A DNA stretch of 32,000 nucleotides from Candidatus Saccharibacteria bacterium oral taxon 488 (GTDB lineage: Bacteria; Patescibacteriota; Saccharimonadia; Saccharimonadales; Saccharimonadaceae): contig CP047921.1 of the NCBI GenBank assembly GCA_010202845.1, positions 510,001-542,000 on the forward strand, in the 5' to 3' direction. The notes below the pieces were generated by a model. That model did not search any database, was not told where the DNA came from, and saw only the letters and a list, made by a program, of their open reading frames with translations. The translations under genes were made by a program, and so were the position numbers. Positions 12,828 through 20,637 of the stretch are shown piece by piece. Each line of letters starts with the position of its first letter. Within the stretch, counting starts at the first letter, position 1.

Positions 12828-14051
12828 TTAGCGAATAATCCCGCCGCCCAAACATTCCTCGCCGTCGTATATCACAGCCGACTGACCCGGAGCGACGGCG
12901 CGCTGCGGCTCGGACAAGATAACCGTCACTTTCTCACCAGCATTATCGTTCACACGCGTAATTTCCGCATTAATGAGCGGCGCCCGATGCCGCACCCGAA
13001 CTTGATAGGCATCACCTTCTGGCGGCTGACTGATCCAGTGAACGTCAGTCAGGGTCAATTCTTGGCGCCAGAGGTTACCATTATCAATCGAACGCGACAC
13101 ATAAACTTCGTTTTTTGCCATATCTTTGCCGACGACGTAATACGGCAAGCCGCCACCAACATTCAGGCCATGCCGCTGCCCCAGGGTATAAAATATCGCC
13201 CCGTCATGCCGGCCAACAACCGCGCCCGTTGGCTGATCAATGATATCGCCCGGGCTAGTCTCAACATATTCTGACAAAAACTCGCGAATCCCCACTTGTC
13301 CGACAAAGCAAATCCCCATCGACTCCTTTTTACTGGCGGTCCACAAACCCCGCTCCTTAGCCATCTGGCGCACCTCAGCCTTGGTAAAATCACCCAGCGG
13401 GAACATGGTTTTCGCCAGCGCCTCGGACGTCACGCGGTACAGGAAATAGGTTTGATCTTTGTTGTCATCATGCGCCCGAAGCAAGCGAGCAGTGTTGGGT
13501 AGTGATGGCGCTTTGACGAGCCCAGGTGTAAGCGTTGATTCGTCCTGAATCGCCGAGGACTGTCTGAACGCAGTGAGTTCCGCAGGCGACAGTGACGAAT
13601 CGGCGTGAGCACCATGGCGTGAGGCAACCGCGCCGGAATTACCCAATGCTGCACCACCTACTGCATGTTTAACTCGTGCATAATGCCCCGTCGCAATATA
13701 CTCCGCACCCGCCGCCAACGCCGCTTCCAAAAACAACTTAAACTTCACCTCTTGATTACACATCACATCAGGATTCGGCGTCCGACCCGCCTGGTATTCA
13801 CGAATCATATAGTCAACGACATTTTGCTTGTACTCTTTCTGAAAATCAAACACCTGAAAATCAATTCCCAGCCCCACCGCCACGCGCTTAGCGTCAGCCA
13901 CATCTTCTGCCCACGGACAATGCATGCCCGGTAAGTCTTCTGACCAGTTTTTCATATACACGCCGGTCACCTCGTGGCCTTGCTCGACCAATAGCGCTGC
14001 CGCTACCGACGAATCAACGCCGCCCGACATACCGACGAACACCCGAGCCAT
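12828..14051 (-). CDS. mnmA: tRNA-specific 2-thiouridylase MnmA, with a ~60-aa low-complexity insertion
   Basis: The 407-aa ORF has the PP-loop VGMSGGVDSSVAA, plus ATGHYARV and NKDQTYFLY. The segment between those two motifs is much longer than the short linker I recall in E. coli MnmA. Confidence 0.95.
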   Translation of the reverse strand: MARVFVGMSGGVDSSVAAALLVEQGHEVTGVYMKNWSEDLPGMHCPWAEDVADAKRVAVGLGIDFQVFDFQKEYKQNVVDYMIREYQAGRTPNPDVMCNQEVKFKLFLEAALAAGAEYIATGHYARVKHAVGGAALGNSGAVASRHGAHADSSLSPAELTAFRQSSAIQDESTLTPGLVKAPSLPNTARLLRAHDDNKDQTYFLYRVTSEALAKTMFPLGDFTKAEVRQMAKERGLWTASKKESMGICFVGQVGIREFLSEYVETSPGDIIDQPTGAVVGRHDGAIFYTLGQRHGLNVGGGLPYYVVGKDMAKNEVYVSRSIDNGNLWRQELTLTDVHWISQPPEGDAYQVRVRHRAPLINAEITRVNDNAGEKVTVILSEPQRAVAPGQSAVIYDGEECLGGGIIR

Positions 14052-14647
14052 CAGCGCGACACTCCCAGCGCGAACAAGCTAATCCGCAACAATTCACCAA
14101 CCGCCAGCCACCAACCCCACGGCGTCAGCCACCACCATGCACTCCAATGCTTGTCGTGCGTTGTTGGGCGTGCCCGCAGCTCAACATTCGGCAGTTGTAC
14201 TGAAAACTCAGCCAGCGCCCGCCGCATGTGATAGCCGCTGGTAACCAGAATGACGCGTTTGATACCACGCTGCGCTATGATACCCGCCACTTCCTGGGCA
14301 TTCTGCTTGGTGGTTTCTGAACGTTCGTCCATCACCAAGGCCGTAGCCGGCACACCCGCCGCTTCGGCTTGTTTTCTCATGGCGGCAGCGTTAGACGGGC
14401 CGGATTTATCGGCCGCAGCACCGGACAAGATAATGGTCGGCGCCCAGCCAGCTTGATATAATTTGACCGCCTCAGCCGTACGCGCTTCGGTGTCGCCGCC
14501 GCTGATAACGATGATCGCGCCCGCTTTTTGACATTGCCCCGAGTCCGGGCGCGGGCAATCTTTCAAATCATCAGGCGACAAATAATGGCTCAAGCCAACA
14601 ATGACTGCAACTGCAATTAACACCAAGCCAATTAACCGATAAATCAT
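14051..14647 (-). CDS. DUF218 (YdcF/ElyC/SanA family) membrane-anchored protein
   Basis: The 198-aa ORF has an N-terminal TM, IIVISGGD, SETTKQNAQE and ILVTSGYHMRRA motifs. Its stop overlaps the mnmA start (TGATG) and its start overlaps the upstream stop by 4 nt. Confidence 0.85.
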   Translation of the reverse strand: MIYRLIGLVLIAVAVIVGLSHYLSPDDLKDCPRPDSGQCQKAGAIIVISGGDTEARTAEAVKLYQAGWAPTIILSGAAADKSGPSNAAAMRKQAEAAGVPATALVMDERSETTKQNAQEVAGIIAQRGIKRVILVTSGYHMRRALAEFSVQLPNVELRARPTTHDKHWSAWWWLTPWGWWLAVGELLRISLFALGVSR

Positions 14648-15786
14648 CGCGTTCGCTCCCGTTCCACGCGTACCGCAGTAATAATCTCGTCCGCTGCCCG
14701 CATAACTTGTGCTTCATCGTTCAACCGCCCGAGAGTGAGCCGCAGACTACCATCAATCGCCGCATTACTCAGCCCAATCGCCGCCAAAACGTGTGATTTT
14801 GTACCGGCATTAGCCGCACAAGCACTACCCGTCGCCACCAGCACGCCGTGCGCTTCCAGTAAAAACACCAGTCGCTCAGCGTCAACACCAGGAAATGAAA
14901 TATTGAGGAAATTAACCAGCGATTTTTTCTGATCAGAAGAAATAATCATGTCAGGGAAGGCCGCCAATAGTTTTTTTGCCAACACATCACGCAGACCTCG
15001 CAGCCGTTTTACTTCACCGCTGCGACGCTTGGCGGCTAACTCCAGCGCCGTAGCAAAGCCGACCACGCCAGCCACATTTTCCGTACCGCTGCGCAAGCCC
15101 GCCTCCTGCCCGCCGCCAACGATATTTGGCCGTAGCTTGACGCCCGGCCGTATCCATAGCAAACCAACCTGCTTCGGCCCGTAAACTTTTGCTGCCGATA
15201 GTGTCAACAAATCAACACCCAGCCGCTTAATTTTCACATCGATCAGCACCGCGGTCTGCGAGGCGTCGGTATGAAATATAAGCGGCGTCGACTCGCCATG
15301 TTCCTGGCGCCGCACGCGCTCAAGCCTCACAACTTCGGCAATTTCTTCAATGGGCTGAATATATCCGAGTTCATGATTCGCCAGCGCGATGCTCATAAAA
15401 CTAACGTCTGGCGTCAGCAGTTTTTTAACAGCCTGCAGATCAATGCGTCCGTTTTTCATCGGTGGGATAAGCCTAACGTCCGAGCGCACTTTCGCAGAAT
15501 TGATAACCGAGCTATGCTCAATCGCCGAGATCAAACTTACGCCAGACGCTGCGGTAAATGCCAGATTAATCGACTCCGTGGCACCAGCCGTCATCACTAA
15601 TTCATCCACACCCACGCCCAGCACCCGCGCGATGCGCGACTTGGCTTCGCGGTAGTCGCGCTTGACGGTGACCGCCGGTGCATATGGACTGGACGGATTA
15701 AAAAACTTCTCGGAAAAATACGGCTGCATCGCTTCAACCACCAACGGATCTATCGGCGTGGCAGCAGCGTGATCAAGATATATCAT
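14644..15786 (-). CDS. Cysteine desulfurase (class V aminotransferase, NifS/IscS/YrvO-like)
   Basis: MIYLDHAAATP is the typical N-terminus, SAAKVYGPKQVG carries the PLP lysine, and ATGSACAAN is the active-site Cys loop. I prefer the ATG at 15786. The ORF track extends to a GTG at 15798. Confidence 0.9.
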   Translation of the reverse strand: MIYLDHAAATPIDPLVVEAMQPYFSEKFFNPSSPYAPAVTVKRDYREAKSRIARVLGVGVDELVMTAGATESINLAFTAASGVSLISAIEHSSVINSAKVRSDVRLIPPMKNGRIDLQAVKKLLTPDVSFMSIALANHELGYIQPIEEIAEVVRLERVRRQEHGESTPLIFHTDASQTAVLIDVKIKRLGVDLLTLSAAKVYGPKQVGLLWIRPGVKLRPNIVGGGQEAGLRSGTENVAGVVGFATALELAAKRRSGEVKRLRGLRDVLAKKLLAAFPDMIISSDQKKSLVNFLNISFPGVDAERLVFLLEAHGVLVATGSACAANAGTKSHVLAAIGLSNAAIDGSLRLTLGRLNDEAQVMRAADEIITAVRVERERTR

Positions 15787-15805
15787 AGAGGATTCCACAC
15801 ATACT

Positions 15806-15814
15806 ATTATACCA
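15806..15814 (-). promoter_or_regulatory. Extended -10 promoter TGgTATAAT upstream of the cysteine desulfurase gene
   Basis: The reverse complement of 15806-15814 is TGGTATAAT. It lies in the 33-nt gap after the upstream TAG (15832-15834), 19 nt from the ATG at 15786. Confidence 0.45.
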
Positions 15815-15831
15815 AGCGGCCCAGATGGCGG

Positions 15832-16335
15832 CTACACCAACTGCCCAGTTTTCGGATCACGATTATATAGCTGGCGCGCTACCCGTTCATGATATTCATT
15901 AACTGCCAGCACAAAGTTTTGTAATTCCTGCCCTTCGAGGTAGTTATACTGATAATTAGGCTGAATTTTCAAGATGCCCTTCGGCTGCACCTCGTAGCGC
16001 GTCGTCAGCTCATGACGCTTGCCGTCCTTGCTCATCACTTCTTCGTGCCAAATCCACGTCGTTTTATCGAGGTTAAAGAACGTCCGTCGGACGACGTGAG
16101 CCGGCTTTTCACCAAAAATCGTTGCACCAATTTCACTCTCCAGTTGAATCAGTTCGCGCTCAGTCAATTTTTTCAGCGGCCGATCTTTACGAGTGAGTCG
16201 CAGTAGTGAGCGCGTCGATTTCGGGACTTTTGGCGCCGAGGCGGCGTGAGCAGGCTTTGCCGATTGAGATGAGCGTGAAAGACGCGTGTTATCCGCCAAA
16301 ACGAGACCAAGGGCTTTTTTGAGAATCGTTGGCAT
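15832..16335 (-). CDS. Hypothetical protein (basic disordered N-terminus + ~110-aa globular C-domain)
   Basis: The 167-aa ORF has a perfect SD (AAAGGAGGTGA) placed immediately after the upstream stop and 3 nt before the ATG. I recognise no motif. Confidence 0.75.
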   Translation of the reverse strand: MPTILKKALGLVLADNTRLSRSSQSAKPAHAASAPKVPKSTRSLLRLTRKDRPLKKLTERELIQLESEIGATIFGEKPAHVVRRTFFNLDKTTWIWHEEVMSKDGKRHELTTRYEVQPKGILKIQPNYQYNYLEGQELQNFVLAVNEYHERVARQLYNRDPKTGQLV

Positions 16336-16348
16336 AAATCACCTCCTT

Positions 16349-16711
16349 TCAGGCTGCTCGTCTATAATTATTTCTATGATCCTTTGGCATGGTGTCAGAC
16401 GCGCCGAGTGTTCTTGCTGCATCTGTATTATAACCCACTCGATACTCCCCAATGAGCCGACCAATTGCTGTAACAGTTTGCAAACATTCCTCAACCCAGC
16501 TCTCCAGTCTTCGTCGCTCCTCTAGCGATATCGTCACCGACTCGGCTGCACTATCAACCACCTCGGCACTACCACGCACTGCCGCTTCGGACAGACGCGG
16601 CGCCACTCGCTGTGATCGCTCTGGGTGTGCTTGTGTCGCCAAATCCAGCGCTTCGGCCCGCGCCTTTTGAATCGACATCATTTCTGTGATTGGTCTTGGC
16701 TGCTGATTCAT
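16349..16711 (-). CDS. Hypothetical protein (predicted helical, Ala/Glu/Arg-rich)
   Basis: The 120-aa ORF runs from the ATG at 16711, with a GGAGAG SD 3 nt upstream, right after the tatD TAA (16725-16727). The ORF track's TTG at 16735 would overlap tatD. I recognise no motif. Confidence 0.7.
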   Translation of the reverse strand: MNQQPRPITEMMSIQKARAEALDLATQAHPERSQRVAPRLSEAAVRGSAEVVDSAAESVTISLEERRRLESWVEECLQTVTAIGRLIGEYRVGYNTDAARTLGASDTMPKDHRNNYRRAA

Positions 16712-16724
16712 TATCTCTCCACTA

Positions 16725-17543
16725 TTACAAGCCAAAAAGTTTTACCGTGTTATCGGTCGCTGCTTTTTCGAGGTCGTGAAGCACTAGCTTGCGCTCCATC
16801 GCCCAATACTTTGCCACCAACTCCACATATTCTGGCTTATTCAGCTTACCACGAAATGGCTTCGGTGTCAAGAACGGTGCGTCGGTTTCTAGCAATAATC
16901 GCTCCAGCGGAATCGAGGCGAATAATTCCTGTTGCGCCTGGTCTTTGGTGAACGTGCTAATGCCATTCAAGCCAACATACAATCCGCGAGCAAACCCCTT
17001 GTCTAAATTAAGGCGCGTATCAGTAAAACTGTGTAGTACGCCGCGCAGCCCATGAAAATTATCAAAAATTGGCCAAAAATCATCCCACACCGACGGCTGG
17101 TCGGGCACGCCATCACGAATATGAAAGCTCACTGGCAAATCATAATCTATTGCCAGCTGCAGCTGCGCCTCCAGCGCCTGAATTTGCACCTCGCGCGGGC
17201 TGTGATTGTAATAATAATCAAGGCCAATCTCACCAATCGCCACAATCGGTGAATTCTCCGTCCTATTTTTTACCAGCCGCTCTATCTCGCCCCAGCCGTC
17301 CTTGCTGTCGTGCGGATGAACGCCAACTGCTGCCCACACACAGTCGTGATTTGCAGCAAATTCCACTGCCTGTTGGCTACTGCGCTGGTCAGTGCCAACG
17401 CAAATCATGCCGATGCCCGCTGCGATTGACTGTTGATATAGCTCCTCGCGATTATCCGCGAAAAACTCAGTATCGTGCACATGACAATGCGAGTCAATCA
17501 AGCGTAAGTCTGCCGCCATACTATTCTCCGCCGTCAGACTCAT
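16725..17543 (-). CDS. tatD: TatD-family metal-dependent hydrolase/DNase
   Basis: The 272-aa ORF contains IDSHCHV, AVGVHPH, GEIGLDYY and LLETDAPFLTP motifs. Confidence 0.9.
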   Translation of the reverse strand: MSLTAENSMAADLRLIDSHCHVHDTEFFADNREELYQQSIAAGIGMICVGTDQRSSQQAVEFAANHDCVWAAVGVHPHDSKDGWGEIERLVKNRTENSPIVAIGEIGLDYYYNHSPREVQIQALEAQLQLAIDYDLPVSFHIRDGVPDQPSVWDDFWPIFDNFHGLRGVLHSFTDTRLNLDKGFARGLYVGLNGISTFTKDQAQQELFASIPLERLLLETDAPFLTPKPFRGKLNKPEYVELVAKYWAMERKLVLHDLEKAATDNTVKLFGL

Positions 17544-17545
17544 TA

Positions 17546-19093
17546 TTATTTACCCTGGTTTTCTACTTTTGACGCACGTGGGTCGGCTGTGTGGAGGTGG
17601 AGACGCGGGAACAGTGGGGTCAGCTGTGATGGCACAACGCCGCTGGCAAACATGTCGTGAATTTTCTTGGCAGTTTGCGGCATAAATGGACGAAGCATGT
17701 TGGATACTTGGAGTAATGTACCACTGGCATGCGCCAAAATCTCTGCAAGGTGTGCTTCAGCATCGGGGTCTTTATCACGTTTTTTAGCCACCTGCCATGG
17801 TTGCACGCGCTCGATGTATTGATTCAATGAACGGATAATCTGCCAAATTTCATCAATTGCTAGGTTAAAATTCAAAGACTCCATGTCGGCACGGTACGGC
17901 CCCATATCGTGCTCAGACTGTGGTGCGTCACCGATAACACCGGCCTGATAACTCTGCACCATCTTTGCCACTCGCTGCACCAAATTACCGAGATCATTAC
18001 CTAGCTCGCCGTTATACGCCGCCTCAAATTTCTCCCAGGTAAAGTCACCGTCATCCTGAGTTGGCACGTGGCGTAGGAAATAATAGCGAAACGCCTCAAC
18101 GCCATAGTGCGGGATAATATCAGCCGGACCAACACCGTTACCGAGGCTCTTGCTCATTTTGGTGCCACCAACGTTGATAAAGCCATGAACTAATAGCACC
18201 TTTGGCAGCGGCAAATCCAGCGCCATCAACATCGCCGGCCAAATCCCGGCATGAAAACGAAGGATATCCTTGCCAATTACCTGCACATCCGCCGGCCAAA
18301 ATGCCTGCCATTCATCAGCTCGATCAGGATAGCCAATGACCGTGATGTAATTGCTCAGCGCATCCAACCAGACATACATCACCTGCGTGTCATCGCCTGG
18401 TACTGGCACACCCCAACTAAGGTTCTTGCGCGGACGCGAAATCGACACGTCTTTCAAGCCGTCTTTCATCAATTCCAAAAACTCTTTTTTACGAAATTCA
18501 GGCGCAATTTTCATCTTGTTTGATTCAATGGCCTGGCGAATTTTGTCCGAAAAAGCACTGGTCTTAAAATAATAGTTTTCCTCGCTCAGCCGTTGGTATG
18601 GTGACTGGTGATCAGGACAAATACCGTTATTTTCAGCCGCTTCTTTGTCGGTGACGAACGCCTCGCAACCTTGGCAATACCAGCCCTCGTACGTGCTTTT
18701 GTAAATGTAACCAGCCGCAGCCAGCTTCTGCCAAATGTACTGTACTGCGCCAACATGATGCGGGTCAGTCGTGCGGATAAAATCCGTCGCCGAAATATTC
18801 AACTCGGCAATCATGTTTTGGAAATTGCCATGCATTTGGTCAACGTAGGCCTGCGGCGTTTGGTTTTGGCTGGCAGCCTTGGCAGCAATTTTATTGCCAT
18901 GCTCATCCACGCCCGTCTGGAAACGTACTTCACGACCATTTTGCCGCTGATAGCGCGTCCAGACATCCGCCAACATATAGTCCATGGCGTGCCCAATGTG
19001 CGGCAAACCGTTGACATAAGGAATAGCAGTAGTGATATAGGCGTGTTGTTTAGTCATGCTACTCATTGTATCATCATCTGGAACAATTTTCAC
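17546..19093 (-). CDS. metG: Methionine--tRNA ligase (short form without a C-terminal tRNA-binding domain)
   Basis: PHIGHA (HIGH) and KMSKS motifs are present. A CxxC...C (ICPDH) region may be a knuckle remnant. The start is uncertain: GTG at 19093, or ATG at 19066 or 19057 (MTKQHAYITT). Confidence 0.93.
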   Translation of the reverse strand: MKIVPDDDTMSSMTKQHAYITTAIPYVNGLPHIGHAMDYMLADVWTRYQRQNGREVRFQTGVDEHGNKIAAKAASQNQTPQAYVDQMHGNFQNMIAELNISATDFIRTTDPHHVGAVQYIWQKLAAAGYIYKSTYEGWYCQGCEAFVTDKEAAENNGICPDHQSPYQRLSEENYYFKTSAFSDKIRQAIESNKMKIAPEFRKKEFLELMKDGLKDVSISRPRKNLSWGVPVPGDDTQVMYVWLDALSNYITVIGYPDRADEWQAFWPADVQVIGKDILRFHAGIWPAMLMALDLPLPKVLLVHGFINVGGTKMSKSLGNGVGPADIIPHYGVEAFRYYFLRHVPTQDDGDFTWEKFEAAYNGELGNDLGNLVQRVAKMVQSYQAGVIGDAPQSEHDMGPYRADMESLNFNLAIDEIWQIIRSLNQYIERVQPWQVAKKRDKDPDAEAHLAEILAHASGTLLQVSNMLRPFMPQTAKKIHDMFASGVVPSQLTPLFPRLHLHTADPRASKVENQGK

Positions 19094-19114
19094 CGATATG
19101 CGTTCGCCGAGGGC

Positions 19115-19864
19115 TCACCCGCGCATCATTGTTACCACTGCAGTCCGGCCCGTTGTATCACCCTGAGCATGCGAAAAATAATGCGGATCGGTCATAGTAT
19201 TAATTGGTGAGATATGAATATTGCTCGGCGGTACGCCTGCTCTTTGGCAAATAGAAGCGTTGTACCCCTGCATATCTAAATAGTAGCCGTCGTGGTGTTT
19301 TTTATAAAATGGCTGCCACACCGGATCAGTTGCCTGATCAAAGTATTTCATTACATAGGTTGATTGTTGTGCACTCGGACTCATCCACACGATAATGTCT
19401 TCGGGTTTTGATCCTTCGTGGATAAATTTTTCAACCATCCGCTGCATCAAATTTGCCACCGTCGAATGCCGCCCCAAATGAAGTAATGCCAATAGTCCCT
19501 TGATCGCATCATACATCACTACAGCGATACAGTCAGCTTCAGTCAGCATTAGCGCCACGCCCGGTGTACGCGTGACCAGTGCATCCGCTACTACATCCGG
19601 AGTATGCCGCGCTGTAGCTGCCGCATCTACTTCAACGATACAATCATAGCGCCGACCCGTTAGGTAAAGCACGCCCATGAACACCACATCTTCATATGGC
19701 ACGGCTAGTTGCTGGCAAAACTTTCGCCGATTAGCAACTACTTGTGGGGCGTGCCTGCTAGCTGAACGATCGAGCATGGTCCCATCTGATCGTGACGACA
19801 TTGCCACAAGCAGACTATCGTCAAAACATGTCGGCTGATCTGCCGCAATCATTGCGCCCGCCAT
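19115..19864 (-). CDS. YfiH/PgeF (DUF152) family protein, divergent
   Basis: ADALVTRTPGVALMLTEADCIAVVMYD, LLHLGRHS and YFSHAQGDTTGRTAVV align by eye with E. coli YfiH (ADxxxT...TADCxPV, HAGWRG, FxSxRR...TGR). The first catalytic His is not evident. An alternative ATG at 19852 makes an ATGA overlap with the rsmA stop. Confidence 0.65.
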   Translation of the reverse strand: MAGAMIAADQPTCFDDSLLVAMSSRSDGTMLDRSASRHAPQVVANRRKFCQQLAVPYEDVVFMGVLYLTGRRYDCIVEVDAAATARHTPDVVADALVTRTPGVALMLTEADCIAVVMYDAIKGLLALLHLGRHSTVANLMQRMVEKFIHEGSKPEDIIVWMSPSAQQSTYVMKYFDQATDPVWQPFYKKHHDGYYLDMQGYNASICQRAGVPPSNIHISPINTMTDPHYFSHAQGDTTGRTAVVTMMRG

Positions 19865-20637
19865 TCTCTGAGCAGCCGCCGCCAGTCGTCAATCGCCAAA
19901 TCTTCGGCACGGACATCGGGTGAAATGTCAGCCTTTTTTAGTAACTGTTCGGCGGCACTTTTGCTGATACCCAGTCCACCGCTCAGACTAGAGCGTAGTT
20001 TCTTACGCTTGGCTGAAAAACCAGCTTTGACGACACGGAAAAAATCTTTTTGATCTTCAGGGGCGACTAGTGGTTCAGTGCGAGTCCTCAATACCACCAC
20101 CTGCGAATCAACTTTTGGCAGCGGCGTGAAGAATTGCCGCAGCACTTCAATGTCTAGTTCTGCCTGGGCAAATAGCTGCGTACTAACCGCCAAAATGCTC
20201 ATTTTACCAGGTTCCGCTGTGATACGCTGGGCAACTTCTTTTTGTACCAGCAGTACCGCCAAACTTGGTTTATTTTCCGCCGTCATCAACTTCTCGACAA
20301 TTTTGCTAGTGATATAGTACGGCACATTGGCGACTACTTTATAGCCAGTTGGTAATTGATTTAAATCAAATTGCAAGATGTCTTCGTTAATCACTTCCAG
20401 GTTTTTGCCAGGAAATTGCCCCGGTAACTTGCACGCCAAATCCCTGTCAAATTCTACCGCCACCACGCGCCCGGCTCGCGCTAATAACCGACTGGTCAAC
20501 GTGCCAAGTCCCGGCCCAATCTCCAAAACCACATCATCGTTGCTCAGCTCCGCCGCCTCAGCTATCTCCGCCAAGATTTCTGGGTCGCGCAGCCAATGCT
20601 GGCCTAATTCTTTTTTCGGCCCGCGAGCTGACGCCAT
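19849..20637 (-). CDS. rsmA: 16S rRNA (adenine1518/1519-N6)-dimethyltransferase RsmA/KsgA
   Basis: LGQHWL, the SAM motif VLEIGPGLGTLT, and NVPYYITS are present. Its ATG abuts the upstream TAG (catcta at 20635-20640). Confidence 0.95.
   Translation of the reverse strand: MASARGPKKELGQHWLRDPEILAEIAEAAELSNDDVVLEIGPGLGTLTSRLLARAGRVVAVEFDRDLACKLPGQFPGKNLEVINEDILQFDLNQLPTGYKVVANVPYYITSKIVEKLMTAENKPSLAVLLVQKEVAQRITAEPGKMSILAVSTQLFAQAELDIEVLRQFFTPLPKVDSQVVVLRTRTEPLVAPEDQKDFFRVVKAGFSAKRKKLRSSLSGGLGISKSAAEQLLKKADISPDVRAEDLAIDDWRRLLREWRAQ

Noticed and set aside
12741-13274. A 177-aa plus-strand ORF might be a real gene.
   Set aside because: Everything after 12828 is antisense to mnmA. Only its 5' portion and the open frame back to 12663 look coding-like, and I treat that part as a possible remnant of the 11825 gene.
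18619-18629. An 11-mer, AAATACCGTTA, inside metG is identical to part of the left arm of the 835-890 palindrome.
   Set aside because: It is a single isolated copy within a conserved coding region, with no inverted partner. It is most likely a chance match, and a genome-wide motif count would settle it.
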